From positions 124,001 through 188,000 of IMG/VR virus record IMGVR_UViG_3300046694_000136: a DNA stretch of 64,000 nucleotides; one strand, 5' to 3'. A model generated the notes under the pieces. That model was given only the letters and a program-made list of their open reading frames with translations, had not been told where the DNA came from and did no database searches. The translations under genes and the position numbers were made by a program. This document shows, piece by piece, positions 37,141-46,649 of the stretch (the stretch's first letter is position 1; the number at the start of each line of letters is the position of its first letter).

Positions 37141-38388
37141 CTAGCTCGCTTGTATCACGCTTCTGATCGAAAGTAAGTAAGCATCATTAAGCTTACTCGG
37201 TTTAAACCGGTTAGTGTAACCGTGGTAGAGAGCGCCACCATTACCAGTACCCGTTTTCCAGTTGAGGTATTCCCGTTGGTTTCCTAGGTCAGTGTTGAGT
37301 ATCCTTCTGTTAATAACACGGTAAGTGAAGTACTTAGGGAGCATCCCATCCGCAGTCAACAAAGGCAGTGCTTTGGTTTCCTTGGTTTCGTACGAGAAAG
37401 GTGACTTGTACGGCAGGACTGGATCCAGCGACACGTACAGGTGCGGGTTATCAGCAACGATCAAGAAGGTAGACGGGTTAGTGAGCAAAGCTTTCCAGAA
37501 CTTCTCAGTGCGGAAGAACTCTTCACCAACTACTTCACGCTCTTCGTCAATAACACCTTCCAGATCAATGAAACGTTTCGAGTCAAAGATCCGAGTAAAC
37601 CAGTCCACCCGTTCAGTACGGATAGCCAACATCTTCTCACTGACCACGTTGATCACGTCGTTCAGATACAAGCGACCGCCGATGCTCATCCAGATCGTCT
37701 TATTGAAAAGAGGAACCGGAGTCTTCAGGTGCACGAAGGTATAAGTATCGCCGTCCTCAAAGATCACATCTTCTTCTTTGAAGCCGAAGGTCTTGAGCTT
37801 GGTCAAAGTGTTCAGGTTGATGCAGCAAGGGTGAGAGTTGTCATTCACTCGCCAGTTCTTACCTGCGTTCAGCAAGTAGAGCCCGGTGTCATCACCCACT
37901 GCTCTGACAAGGTGCCCGTTGAATACCCAAAGGCAACGATCAGCTAATGCCTTGTAATCCACTGTGGATCTGTCCGTCTTATACAGACGAATGTCGGGAG
38001 CACTGGCTGTATCCAGATGAACCTGTCGGTCCATTGCCATGTTGGCATCGCCCGGGAAAGGAGTGAACCACTCGTACTGGATATCGTGCAACGTGGCCCA
38101 ACGGTATTCGGTTCCGGGAAGCTCATTGCTGGTGTTCAAGACGACTGAAGTCTTCGTATCCAGCCACTCTTGGATGGTCCCGTTGAAAGAAGTGAACTCG
38201 TTGACGTAGTCCAGCATATCAATGGAAACGTCACGACTATAGAGGGAATCTGTAACAACAATGACCAGTACACTGAACGTAATTGGCAGTGCTCTGGTTT
38301 GAAGGGCCGAAATATCAACGATCTCTTGCCCTTCTGGGACCAGCTGGTTGATCCCAACAGCCCGTTTATACGTGTACATAAAGGACAA
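37141..38388 (-). CDS. Virion structural protein
   Basis: AGGAG RBS; GTATTTTATG late motif upstream; beta-rich 415 aa. Confidence 0.65.
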   Translation of the reverse strand: MSFMYTYKRAVGINQLVPEGQEIVDISALQTRALPITFSVLVIVVTDSLYSRDVSIDMLDYVNEFTSFNGTIQEWLDTKTSVVLNTSNELPGTEYRWATLHDIQYEWFTPFPGDANMAMDRQVHLDTASAPDIRLYKTDRSTVDYKALADRCLWVFNGHLVRAVGDDTGLYLLNAGKNWRVNDNSHPCCINLNTLTKLKTFGFKEEDVIFEDGDTYTFVHLKTPVPLFNKTIWMSIGGRLYLNDVINVVSEKMLAIRTERVDWFTRIFDSKRFIDLEGVIDEEREVVGEEFFRTEKFWKALLTNPSTFLIVADNPHLYVSLDPVLPYKSPFSYETKETKALPLLTADGMLPKYFTYRVINRRILNTDLGNQREYLNWKTGTGNGGALYHGYTNRFKPSKLNDAYLLSIRSVIQAS

Positions 38389-38460
38389 ACTCCTAAACGA
38401 TTCTATGAAATCCTGACCCCCTATAGTCCCCTATAGGAACCTCTTATATGGGGTATTAGT

Positions 38461-38470
38461 CATAAAATAC
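38461..38470 (-). promoter_or_regulatory. Late promoter (GTATTTTATG)
   Basis: Identical to the 10-mer upstream of the MCP. Confidence 0.55.
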
Positions 38471-38499
38471 CTTTAATGCCTTTCTTTGGAGATAGTCTC

Positions 38500-39249
38500 A
38501 TGGCCATGGTCACTTATGGTTGGAACCCCTTTCAAGAACGTGTCGACTGCATTATCACTCCACCGGAAGTGATCAAACCTTCCGATCAGGATACTCGACG
38601 CGAATTCGTTCCTCGTTACGCACCGTTCTTTGCCAAAGACTTTCAGCTGTTCATGCAGGGTAGTAACACCCCGCTGGTCGCCGGTGTCGATTACGCCTTC
38701 GCTCACCCGTTCACCAAGTTCGCTACCAAGTACAACCGCAACGTGTACGGGTCGATCGTTCTGCTGAAGCCGATCACCGCGATCCTGACAGCGACCTACT
38801 CGACCATTGGCACTCCATTCGTTCTAGACGAACCGGCCTACGCGACTCTGGTGGCCAACATCGCCAACAGTCCTCGTCAGGCGTACTGGGACGATCTCAT
38901 TGACGTTCCTGTCGAGTTTCCACCAGATCCCCACGAACACCCAGCCACCCTGTCGTACGACTATCTGGAAATGATGTCTCGTCTTGAGAACTTGATTCTG
39001 GTGATGTCGGGTACCGATACCGGTGCAGGCGAACTGACACTCAAGCAGTTACTGCAAGAGCACATCGCTAAGGGCCTCCCTGAGGCGCATACCGCTACTC
39101 CCGGGTCAGTAGGGTTGGATCTCACCGCTAACGCCCCTAAAGCGACGCTGGAAGATCTGTTGGGTAATAGTGACAACGCTATGATCACTGTTAAGACCTT
39201 GAAAGAAGCGTTCCGTATGTTTAGCAAAGACCAACTCGATTTGAACTGA
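38500..39249 (+). CDS. Short tail-fibre-family/baseplate attachment protein
   Basis: GGAG RBS; homologous to the N-terminal about 250 aa of the next two genes (PF[FY], PxxHxH, H...VGL..xN..A motifs). Confidence 0.7.
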   Translation: MAMVTYGWNPFQERVDCIITPPEVIKPSDQDTRREFVPRYAPFFAKDFQLFMQGSNTPLVAGVDYAFAHPFTKFATKYNRNVYGSIVLLKPITAILTATYSTIGTPFVLDEPAYATLVANIANSPRQAYWDDLIDVPVEFPPDPHEHPATLSYDYLEMMSRLENLILVMSGTDTGAGELTLKQLLQEHIAKGLPEAHTATPGSVGLDLTANAPKATLEDLLGNSDNAMITVKTLKEAFRMFSKDQLDLN

Positions 39250-39259
39250 GGAACTGGGA

Positions 39260-42200
39260 ATGCAGACTCCAATTGTCAGACAGTTCCGGGATGACATTCT
39301 TCACACCAATCCCGAGAACCAGATCCGAGGGGAACCGTTTACTACGGAAACCCCCGGAGAGTACACCCGCATCATTGTTCCTCTTAAGTCCCCGTTCTTC
39401 ATCAAAAGTCTGAAGCTGTACTTCAAGAACGGGGAACCAATGACTGAGGAGCATTGGGAGATCTATCGGATCATGCCTAAGTTGACTAGCCTTGCTGCTC
39501 AAGGTGTCGCGTGCATGATTCGTTTGAAAGACCCTACCATCGTGGAAGGGTTCTTGGATTACGACGTAGTGGGCGAGTTCACGTTGTTTGATACAGGCAT
39601 GATGAGCCTGATCTTCACAGCGACTGAAGATGACCGGATGATCGATTTCTTTAACCTGAAGAACCGTCCGATCGTTTACCCGCCAACGATGCACCATCAC
39701 TCGCTGCTTTATGACTACATGGCGTTTGAGGATACCATCCACCTGTTAAACTCGATCAGTACCTACGCCGACCAGCTGGGTACCCCGTTGATCGAAATCA
39801 AGATCTCGCAGTACTTCTCGAACTTCAACCATTACTTGGCGCTATATAAAGCTGAGTTGTTCAAGTTCCTCAACGATCACAAAGCGACCTACAACCACCA
39901 CGGCATCAAAGCCATTCAGGTGGGTTTGGAAAAGGTAGACAACTTTGAGACGGCGGTGAAGCCGATTGATCTGTTGAGTGGTCGGGATGACATGCACCTG
40001 ACTGTTCAGGGGTTGGCAACTATTGTTAACCAGACAGGCTTTGATTCCGGTGAGTATCTGGGTAAGGGCACTCTGCCTATCTCTCAGTACGGCAACACCA
40101 ACTTCATTCCACCAGACATCGACGGTTCCTTTGAAGGGCTCGGTGGCGTGTATGAAGCGGCAGGTATGTGTCAAGAGACTGACGGTTCGGTACTGTATCT
40201 GCAAAACCGGATGGACGGTCGTGTACGGGGCTTGTACTTCTCCACCTTGAAGGGTGCTGTACCTGGCTCAGGTGCGCTGGATTACACCTTCAGTAACTTC
40301 CGTTACACTCACCCTCGTTTTGTTGTTGACGGGGCTACAGTGGACCGGATTGCTCAAGGTAGCGGTAACGAAGTGATCTTGGTAGGGGACAGTATCAACA
40401 ACCTCTACTACATAGGACTGACCAACGGTTCGTTTGACCCTGCTAAGCACGTTTACTCCCGGATCGATTTGTCGCCTCTGCTGGCCGCTATCTACAGCAA
40501 CCCCAACAGATCGGCTAACCCGATTATGCGTAACATCAACATCGCTCGGATAGGGTCTTGGATCTACCTGTTCCTAGGTGCGTCTGTACCCGACCCAGTC
40601 TCGGATCCATCGCAGCTGATCTCTCTGCGCTACAAACACATCTTCCGTGTGAACGTAGCTGACGTAGCGGCCACTATTCCAGTGACCCCTGTTCGTCAAT
40701 GGATTACTTACATGGATGCCGATGGTGCACAGTGGAACGGAAGTTACTACTGGCGCTGGCACGATGAGATCAAAGACGGGAACGGTAACTTTCTGAAAGC
40801 GTTGTTCAGCTTCCAGCAACCATTGAACCCGTTTGCGTACATCGGTATCTCTTCGGTGATGACCTTGGCGGAACAGGACCCTAACCGACCTGGGATCTAC
40901 GCCTTGAAGTTTGTGGGCGGTTACTTCGCTTCGTTCTTCTCGGAACAGTTCAACGCTAGTTTCAACTATGCCCCGGAAATCACGTACGACTTCAACCCTG
41001 CTACGGGGGTAATGACTCGGACTAACCTTTCCAACCTCCCAGTGATCAACTTTGGTGCGAATCCTGTAATCCCTGCCGGGTATACCCAAAACATGGCAAT
41101 GATTAAAATGGTCCGCTACTTTGAAGGTCAGGGGATGGAGGTATTGGAGACTGGACGCATCCTCTCGTCAGCTGCGGCTGGTGCGTTCGGTTATCCTCGT
41201 CTGGCTGGTGTCCTAACTCCACCTAATGCGCCGACTCGTTACAACACCATCGCGCGTTTGTGGGGGACTGCTCAGGGCTGGGCGTACACCGATCTTTTAC
41301 CAGAAAAGGTGCAGCAGCCATTGGCATCAGGTGGTTATGTGCGGTGCGTGTTGTACAAGCCAGGGGCGGAGATGTACATCGCCTCTAAACCTGAAAATCC
41401 TAACCAGCTTCAGCTGTACTACCGTGCTGTCTCGGGTGGTTATGCTATTCGTGATGGGGTTAACAACATCTACGTTGGGGGTATGTATTCCCGTCCGCTC
41501 GCCTCCATTGTGAGAAAGGTCAACGCTCCGTTTGGTTTGGGGGCAATGACTGTATCGGTTCCGGGTAGTCAGGTGGGCGCTTACGGGGTTGAGATTGGGC
41601 ACTCTGCTTTCTGTATGGGAGTTCAAAAGAAATACTTCAACCGGGAGATGGAAGGTAACGCGTGGGTTGGGGGTGTAGCTGCTGACGACATCATCATGAT
41701 GGCCAGTAACAGTGAACGTCTGGAAGCTGACGGGTCGATCACTTTGGTACCGGGTGTGGAGATCATGTACCCTGCTTGGATTGTTGAGTCTTTGAAAGCT
41801 CAGGTCCAGCACCCCGATATCAAGAACCGTGGTCGTGCTTGTTTTGTGACGATCTGTGATCCGACGTTCTCGTCTGGAGCATTCGGCTGGCTGCCGATCA
41901 CTGTGGTAGTTAGTTACCTCGACACTTATGGTCTCCCTAATACGGATACTGTGTACACCACCTGCATGACCATTAACGCCTCTTACTCGGCGTCTGGTAA
42001 CAGACAAGTGGTGACTGGTGTGAGTGTGATCGACATTATCCACGCCGAAAAGCCATCCGCTTCTTATCAAGGCGCCATTCCAGTTGTCTATGGCTCGGAT
42101 CCTGCGAATGAGGGTGCGCAAACCACGCTGGGCTCAATGCGGACGTACTACTACCTGAATGGGAATAGTCTAGAAGTCTATTTCTCGGCAGGTGTCCGTA

Positions 42201-42823
42201 GCCTTGGGATGTTCGCTCACCAGATGAGCAACTACCACTTTGGCTATAACAACCGGGACACTCGTCGCTGGAGTTGGGCGCAGATGGAGGATGACGGGGC
42301 TAACCTTGGCGCATTATCGGTTACCCCGGATAACGGGATTGCTCGGGCTTATGCGTGGAAAGACGTCAGTGGTGGTGCCGCTACTATCATCAACGGTCCG
42401 GCGTATAAAGCGCTTCTGGGTTCTAGTTATCAGTCGTTAGGTTGGGGGGTATACTTCCGTGCGACTACCATCGCAGTGTTCAACGGGAAACAGTACTCTT
42501 ATCCACCGGGGATGATTGACCTTCGTGACATTGATCCCTCTCCTGGTAACAAGATCTTCTACGTCTACGCAGCACTCCGCAACGAGCTGCCGGTCTATGA
42601 GGTGACACAGGAGAAGCGCCTGGAATCCGCGTTCCAAGTTTGGGTAGCGAAGATCACCACCAACGACAGGCAAGTCCTGCAAATTGAACGGTTTAATGTC
42701 TTTACCATTAACGGTAGCCGCATTTCTGAAATTAAACGAGGGAACAGTATTCCTGCATCTTCTGGGTTGGTCAACGTAGAAGGTCAGATCCCTTGGTTGC
42801 GTTCTGATGAAATGCTGTCATAA
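39260..42823 (+). CDS. Long tail fibre / receptor-binding protein, paralogue 1 (phiKZ gp145/146-like)
   Basis: HHG.KAIQVGLEKVDNF fibre motif, GSFEGLG block and C-terminal IDLRDIDP domain. Confidence 0.7.
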   Translation: MQTPIVRQFRDDILHTNPENQIRGEPFTTETPGEYTRIIVPLKSPFFIKSLKLYFKNGEPMTEEHWEIYRIMPKLTSLAAQGVACMIRLKDPTIVEGFLDYDVVGEFTLFDTGMMSLIFTATEDDRMIDFFNLKNRPIVYPPTMHHHSLLYDYMAFEDTIHLLNSISTYADQLGTPLIEIKISQYFSNFNHYLALYKAELFKFLNDHKATYNHHGIKAIQVGLEKVDNFETAVKPIDLLSGRDDMHLTVQGLATIVNQTGFDSGEYLGKGTLPISQYGNTNFIPPDIDGSFEGLGGVYEAAGMCQETDGSVLYLQNRMDGRVRGLYFSTLKGAVPGSGALDYTFSNFRYTHPRFVVDGATVDRIAQGSGNEVILVGDSINNLYYIGLTNGSFDPAKHVYSRIDLSPLLAAIYSNPNRSANPIMRNINIARIGSWIYLFLGASVPDPVSDPSQLISLRYKHIFRVNVADVAATIPVTPVRQWITYMDADGAQWNGSYYWRWHDEIKDGNGNFLKALFSFQQPLNPFAYIGISSVMTLAEQDPNRPGIYALKFVGGYFASFFSEQFNASFNYAPEITYDFNPATGVMTRTNLSNLPVINFGANPVIPAGYTQNMAMIKMVRYFEGQGMEVLETGRILSSAAAGAFGYPRLAGVLTPPNAPTRYNTIARLWGTAQGWAYTDLLPEKVQQPLASGGYVRCVLYKPGAEMYIASKPENPNQLQLYYRAVSGGYAIRDGVNNIYVGGMYSRPLASIVRKVNAPFGLGAMTVSVPGSQVGAYGVEIGHSAFCMGVQKKYFNREMEGNAWVGGVAADDIIMMASNSERLEADGSITLVPGVEIMYPAWIVESLKAQVQHPDIKNRGRACFVTICDPTFSSGAFGWLPITVVVSYLDTYGLPNTDTVYTTCMTINASYSASGNRQVVTGVSVIDIIHAEKPSASYQGAIPVVYGSDPANEGAQTTLGSMRTYYYLNGNSLEVYFSAGVRSLGMFAHQMSNYHFGYNNRDTRRWSWAQMEDDGANLGALSVTPDNGIARAYAWKDVSGGAATIINGPAYKALLGSSYQSLGWGVYFRATTIAVFNGKQYSYPPGMIDLRDIDPSPGNKIFYVYAALRNELPVYEVTQEKRLESAFQVWVAKITTNDRQVLQIERFNVFTINGSRISEIKRGNSIPASSGLVNVEGQIPWLRSDEMLS

Positions 42824-42876
42824 GTAACTGAATATGTACGGGGCTGACCACCCCGTACGTTTCTAAGGCTGAGATT

Positions 42877-45800
42877 ATGGACAAGCTTCAAGTTCAAGCG
42901 GTTCAGTTCGACGTACGTGGTACTCGTGTAGAAAACCGGGTACTCCGGGAAAAGATCCCGATTAAGTTCAAAGATTGTCCGTGGGTTGTTCCTAATGGTT
43001 CGCCATACTTCGCTGAAGACGCTCTGGTGGACATGTTTAACGAAGCCGGTGGTCGACTGACCCTTGGCACTGATTACTGGTTTGAAGGGGAGTTCGTGCC
43101 CTTCTGCGAGATTACCGGACGATCCATTTGCTCGTTCGTTAAGTTGTCGGATAAAGTACTGGCGGAGAACGAATTCGTTCAGATGACTTATCAAAGCATC
43201 GGGGCTTGGTTTGTTCCGCGCAACAGTATCGATGAATGGATCAAAGAGATCTACATCGGCAAGATCCCAATCCCTTGGGCTAAAGTTTATAACGTTCCAG
43301 CAACCCTTCCTCCCAGCATGCACTCGCACTCCATTAAAACGGAAGTGGGTGACTGGTATGAATTGACTTTCTTCTTCGACTATCTCGCGAACTACTACAG
43401 TACCCGGGATCCGAACGTCTACATCGAGGCTGACCGCGTTATCGCTGAAAGCTTTGCTCGACTGAAGCAAGTAAAGGAAGAACAGCTGGCCCGACTGGTT
43501 AACCACAGTAAGGACTACGGTAACCCTCACGGTATCGACAAGATCCGGTTGCAACTGGGTAACCTTGACAACTTCCGTACTGCATTGCCGGACGAAGACG
43601 TACAGGGCGTAGCGGCTAACCTGTTCAGTACACCTGAAGGGGTCATGCGTCTCTCGGAAGAGTACTCGCTGGAAAGCGATGCGATCATGCGTAACGGTGT
43701 GTTGCCGGTGAGCTACTTCGGTAACGGGGGGTACATTCCTCCAACTATCCTGGGTTCCTTTGAAGGCCTGGGTAGTCTCTCCGAATGCATGGGGATCTGT
43801 GTTGAAGCTAACGGTCGTACCGTCCTGATCCAGAACCACTTCGATGGTCGTACTGAAGGTCTGTACTTCTCGATCCTGAGTGACTACAAGAACCCTCTGG
43901 ATATCAAGAACCCGTACCGTTTCGATTACACCGCTTATCGCTATGAACCACCGGTACTGATCAACAACGGTGTTAAGCCTAACCACATCGTCGCTGGTAG
44001 TGGTAACGAGATCATCATGGTAGGTCTTACCACCAAAGGTAACCCTGCTGCGAATGACCGTTGGTACATTGCGTTGACTAACGATAGCTTTGACCCTAGT
44101 GGTCATCGTTATATTCAAGTCAACATGGCCCCGATCTTTGCTCAGTGCGGTAACCCGGACAGTGAAGGTTACTGGAACGGTTATCTGTACCACGGTCGGT
44201 GGATGATCTACTTGTTGGATCAGTACGCTTACTTGGCGGTTGAATCGGCAATGTCCCCAGACAAGTTCAACCAACAAGGTCGGATGAGTTACTGGCGTAT
44301 CCCTCGTCAAGCAATGATTGACGGGACTCCTGCAACGTGGGAGCTGGTTCGCTTAACGTATCAGGACTGGGATGGCGTACAGTACAACAGTGCTAACTAC
44401 TGGGAGTTCGCCCAAAAACAGCTGAACGGTGGTAACCTCGCTAAGTGGGGACGCTATAACTGGACTACCATCCAGCCTCCACCGGGCATTGGGACCATGA
44501 CTCGGCGTATCTACAGCCTTTTCGCCAAGAAGCCGGGTACGACCAACATCTTCTACCTGAACTGGATCAGTTACACGTTCTTGGATTATCAGGTTCCTGG
44601 TCGAAGCGCAAACTTGTCGGCGTCCATTACCAACATGGTGTATGAGTTCAACATCGTGACGGGCGTGATGACACTGTTGTACAAACAACCTCCGCTCAAC
44701 ATTGACTACCAGAACGACAACAGCGCGATAGTGTTTCAGGATCGCGACATCTGGTTACAGTGGTACAACGCACTGGTGCGCTACATTACACCAGCGGTAG
44801 TCATCACTCCTAATGGTGAACGTCTGGCGTCGATTACCGGTAGCGGTCAGGAGCAGACAGTACTCAACTCGGTGATTGAATATACTCGGTTTGCGTACAT
44901 CAGCAATAACCAGACTGTTACTAGTCGGGCTGACTTGTTGAAGGGGAGCGTGGGCAGAGACCGTATTAAGCAATCCGCTGTTTGGGAACGTGGTCGTAAC
45001 TTGCTGACCCCTATTGCTACGGGTATCGGTAACCGCCAACTGGCATACGAGGCACAGGGTGAGAACTTCCTGACTTACCCAACCACCTTTGATCCATCTA
45101 AAGGAGCACCGTTGCCTAAAGTAGTGTGCCGGAACATCTCGGGTGATTATGCGGTACGTCCAGAGGTTACCAACCGGACGCTGGCTCCTCTGTACAGCAG
45201 ACCGTTGACTAACTCAGTCTTCGACACCAACATGACTTATGCTGATGGCGCTGTCTCGATTACTGGTCCTGCTGATGAACTGGCAGCGCGAGGGGTTGAG
45301 ATGGGGACGATGGGTCTGAGTTACTGTGGGTGGTCTGCTCGACACGACAATTATCCGACCATGCTGGAAATGCCTACCAAGGGTTCTCCGATGCGAGCAC
45401 CTCAGGAGGCGGGGGCTTTCATTAGTTTCCCTAAAACCTACCAGCGGGTGTTGGACGTAGGTGCTCAAAAGGTAAACTACGTTCCAAATGATTATTACGG
45501 GTTGTCGGTATCGGGACGTAACAAGATTCGTTCTTTGATTCCAGCTGGGCAACAGGGTCCATGGTGGTGTTTTGAGTTAGCGATGCTGACCGCTGAACAA
45601 GGCGGTATGTTTGGTGGTTTGGCAACTGCCTTGATTAAACTCAAGTACCCTACCGCGGCAGATGGTAGTTTGGCGACGTGGGATGGCCAAGTCTTCTTGG
45701 TAGCTCCTGTGGTGGAAGCCCCTAACGCTAACCACCCAGGCCTGTACTTGATCACCGACTTCCAGATATTGGGGTCCTCGGTCAAGAACGTTCCACACGA

Positions 45801-46602
45801 GTACATGTACTCCAGTAACCAAGGCGCGCTTGCCTATTACTGGAACCGTCCTCTGCTGAGTATCTACCGTTCCGGGAACATCTTGCAGTGTATCTGGACC
45901 TCCGGGTTCAACTACATCAGCGGCAGTATCTACATTGACCAAACCATCTTCACGGTCAATCTGGGTAACGGAGTGTTTAACGGAGCAGGGACTACCTTCC
46001 TTGGCTGGAACGCTGCGGAGTACGTGGTTAACATTCCACGGGCTGGCCGTAGTCGGATTGGGGTCTCAAACCCTGATACCTATCAAGCGAAGATGATTGA
46101 CTTTGCTACTCCTGCTCAGACCAACGACACCTCTGGTGGTGCTGCTCGTATCTACCCAGTGGTAAATGGGGGTGGTGGGGTTGACTACTACGCGACGGTT
46201 ACCAGTTATCCAGAGACAGGTTGGGCGGTGTTCTTCCTCGAAGAAGTAGCGGTGATGGTGCAGGGTACTTTGTACCGGGCTACGACGGGTACAGTTGACC
46301 TCCGTGATATCGATACTGATCCACGGAACAAAGTGTTCTACGTTTACATCACCATTGAGGATACTGTGGCGAAGTACATCTTCTCTACAGTGAAACTGCG
46401 TCGGGGTAATGCGGTTATGTTGGTGGCGATCATTACCACTAACGAGAAGCAGATCCTCACGTTGGAACGCCGCACTCCGTTTATTGTGGCGGACTACGAG
46501 CTGAGCTTTGTACGGGATGGCGGTATTATCCCAATCAGTTCCGGGTTCCCTCAGGACAACGGTGTCTTCAAGTTCCTGAAGCAGAGTGAGCTGTTGCCTT
46601 AA
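42877..46602 (+). CDS. Long tail fibre / receptor-binding protein, paralogue 2
   Basis: NPHGIDK..LQLGNLDNF, GSFEGLG and VDLRDIDT blocks, colinear with paralogue 1. Confidence 0.7.
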   Translation: MDKLQVQAVQFDVRGTRVENRVLREKIPIKFKDCPWVVPNGSPYFAEDALVDMFNEAGGRLTLGTDYWFEGEFVPFCEITGRSICSFVKLSDKVLAENEFVQMTYQSIGAWFVPRNSIDEWIKEIYIGKIPIPWAKVYNVPATLPPSMHSHSIKTEVGDWYELTFFFDYLANYYSTRDPNVYIEADRVIAESFARLKQVKEEQLARLVNHSKDYGNPHGIDKIRLQLGNLDNFRTALPDEDVQGVAANLFSTPEGVMRLSEEYSLESDAIMRNGVLPVSYFGNGGYIPPTILGSFEGLGSLSECMGICVEANGRTVLIQNHFDGRTEGLYFSILSDYKNPLDIKNPYRFDYTAYRYEPPVLINNGVKPNHIVAGSGNEIIMVGLTTKGNPAANDRWYIALTNDSFDPSGHRYIQVNMAPIFAQCGNPDSEGYWNGYLYHGRWMIYLLDQYAYLAVESAMSPDKFNQQGRMSYWRIPRQAMIDGTPATWELVRLTYQDWDGVQYNSANYWEFAQKQLNGGNLAKWGRYNWTTIQPPPGIGTMTRRIYSLFAKKPGTTNIFYLNWISYTFLDYQVPGRSANLSASITNMVYEFNIVTGVMTLLYKQPPLNIDYQNDNSAIVFQDRDIWLQWYNALVRYITPAVVITPNGERLASITGSGQEQTVLNSVIEYTRFAYISNNQTVTSRADLLKGSVGRDRIKQSAVWERGRNLLTPIATGIGNRQLAYEAQGENFLTYPTTFDPSKGAPLPKVVCRNISGDYAVRPEVTNRTLAPLYSRPLTNSVFDTNMTYADGAVSITGPADELAARGVEMGTMGLSYCGWSARHDNYPTMLEMPTKGSPMRAPQEAGAFISFPKTYQRVLDVGAQKVNYVPNDYYGLSVSGRNKIRSLIPAGQQGPWWCFELAMLTAEQGGMFGGLATALIKLKYPTAADGSLATWDGQVFLVAPVVEAPNANHPGLYLITDFQILGSSVKNVPHEYMYSSNQGALAYYWNRPLLSIYRSGNILQCIWTSGFNYISGSIYIDQTIFTVNLGNGVFNGAGTTFLGWNAAEYVVNIPRAGRSRIGVSNPDTYQAKMIDFATPAQTNDTSGGAARIYPVVNGGGGVDYYATVTSYPETGWAVFFLEEVAVMVQGTLYRATTGTVDLRDIDTDPRNKVFYVYITIEDTVAKYIFSTVKLRRGNAVMLVAIITTNEKQILTLERRTPFIVADYELSFVRDGGIIPISSGFPQDNGVFKFLKQSELLP

Positions 46603-46649
46603 ATGAAATAGGGGGAGGGTTTCCTCCCCTTTACCGATTGGAGCTGTCT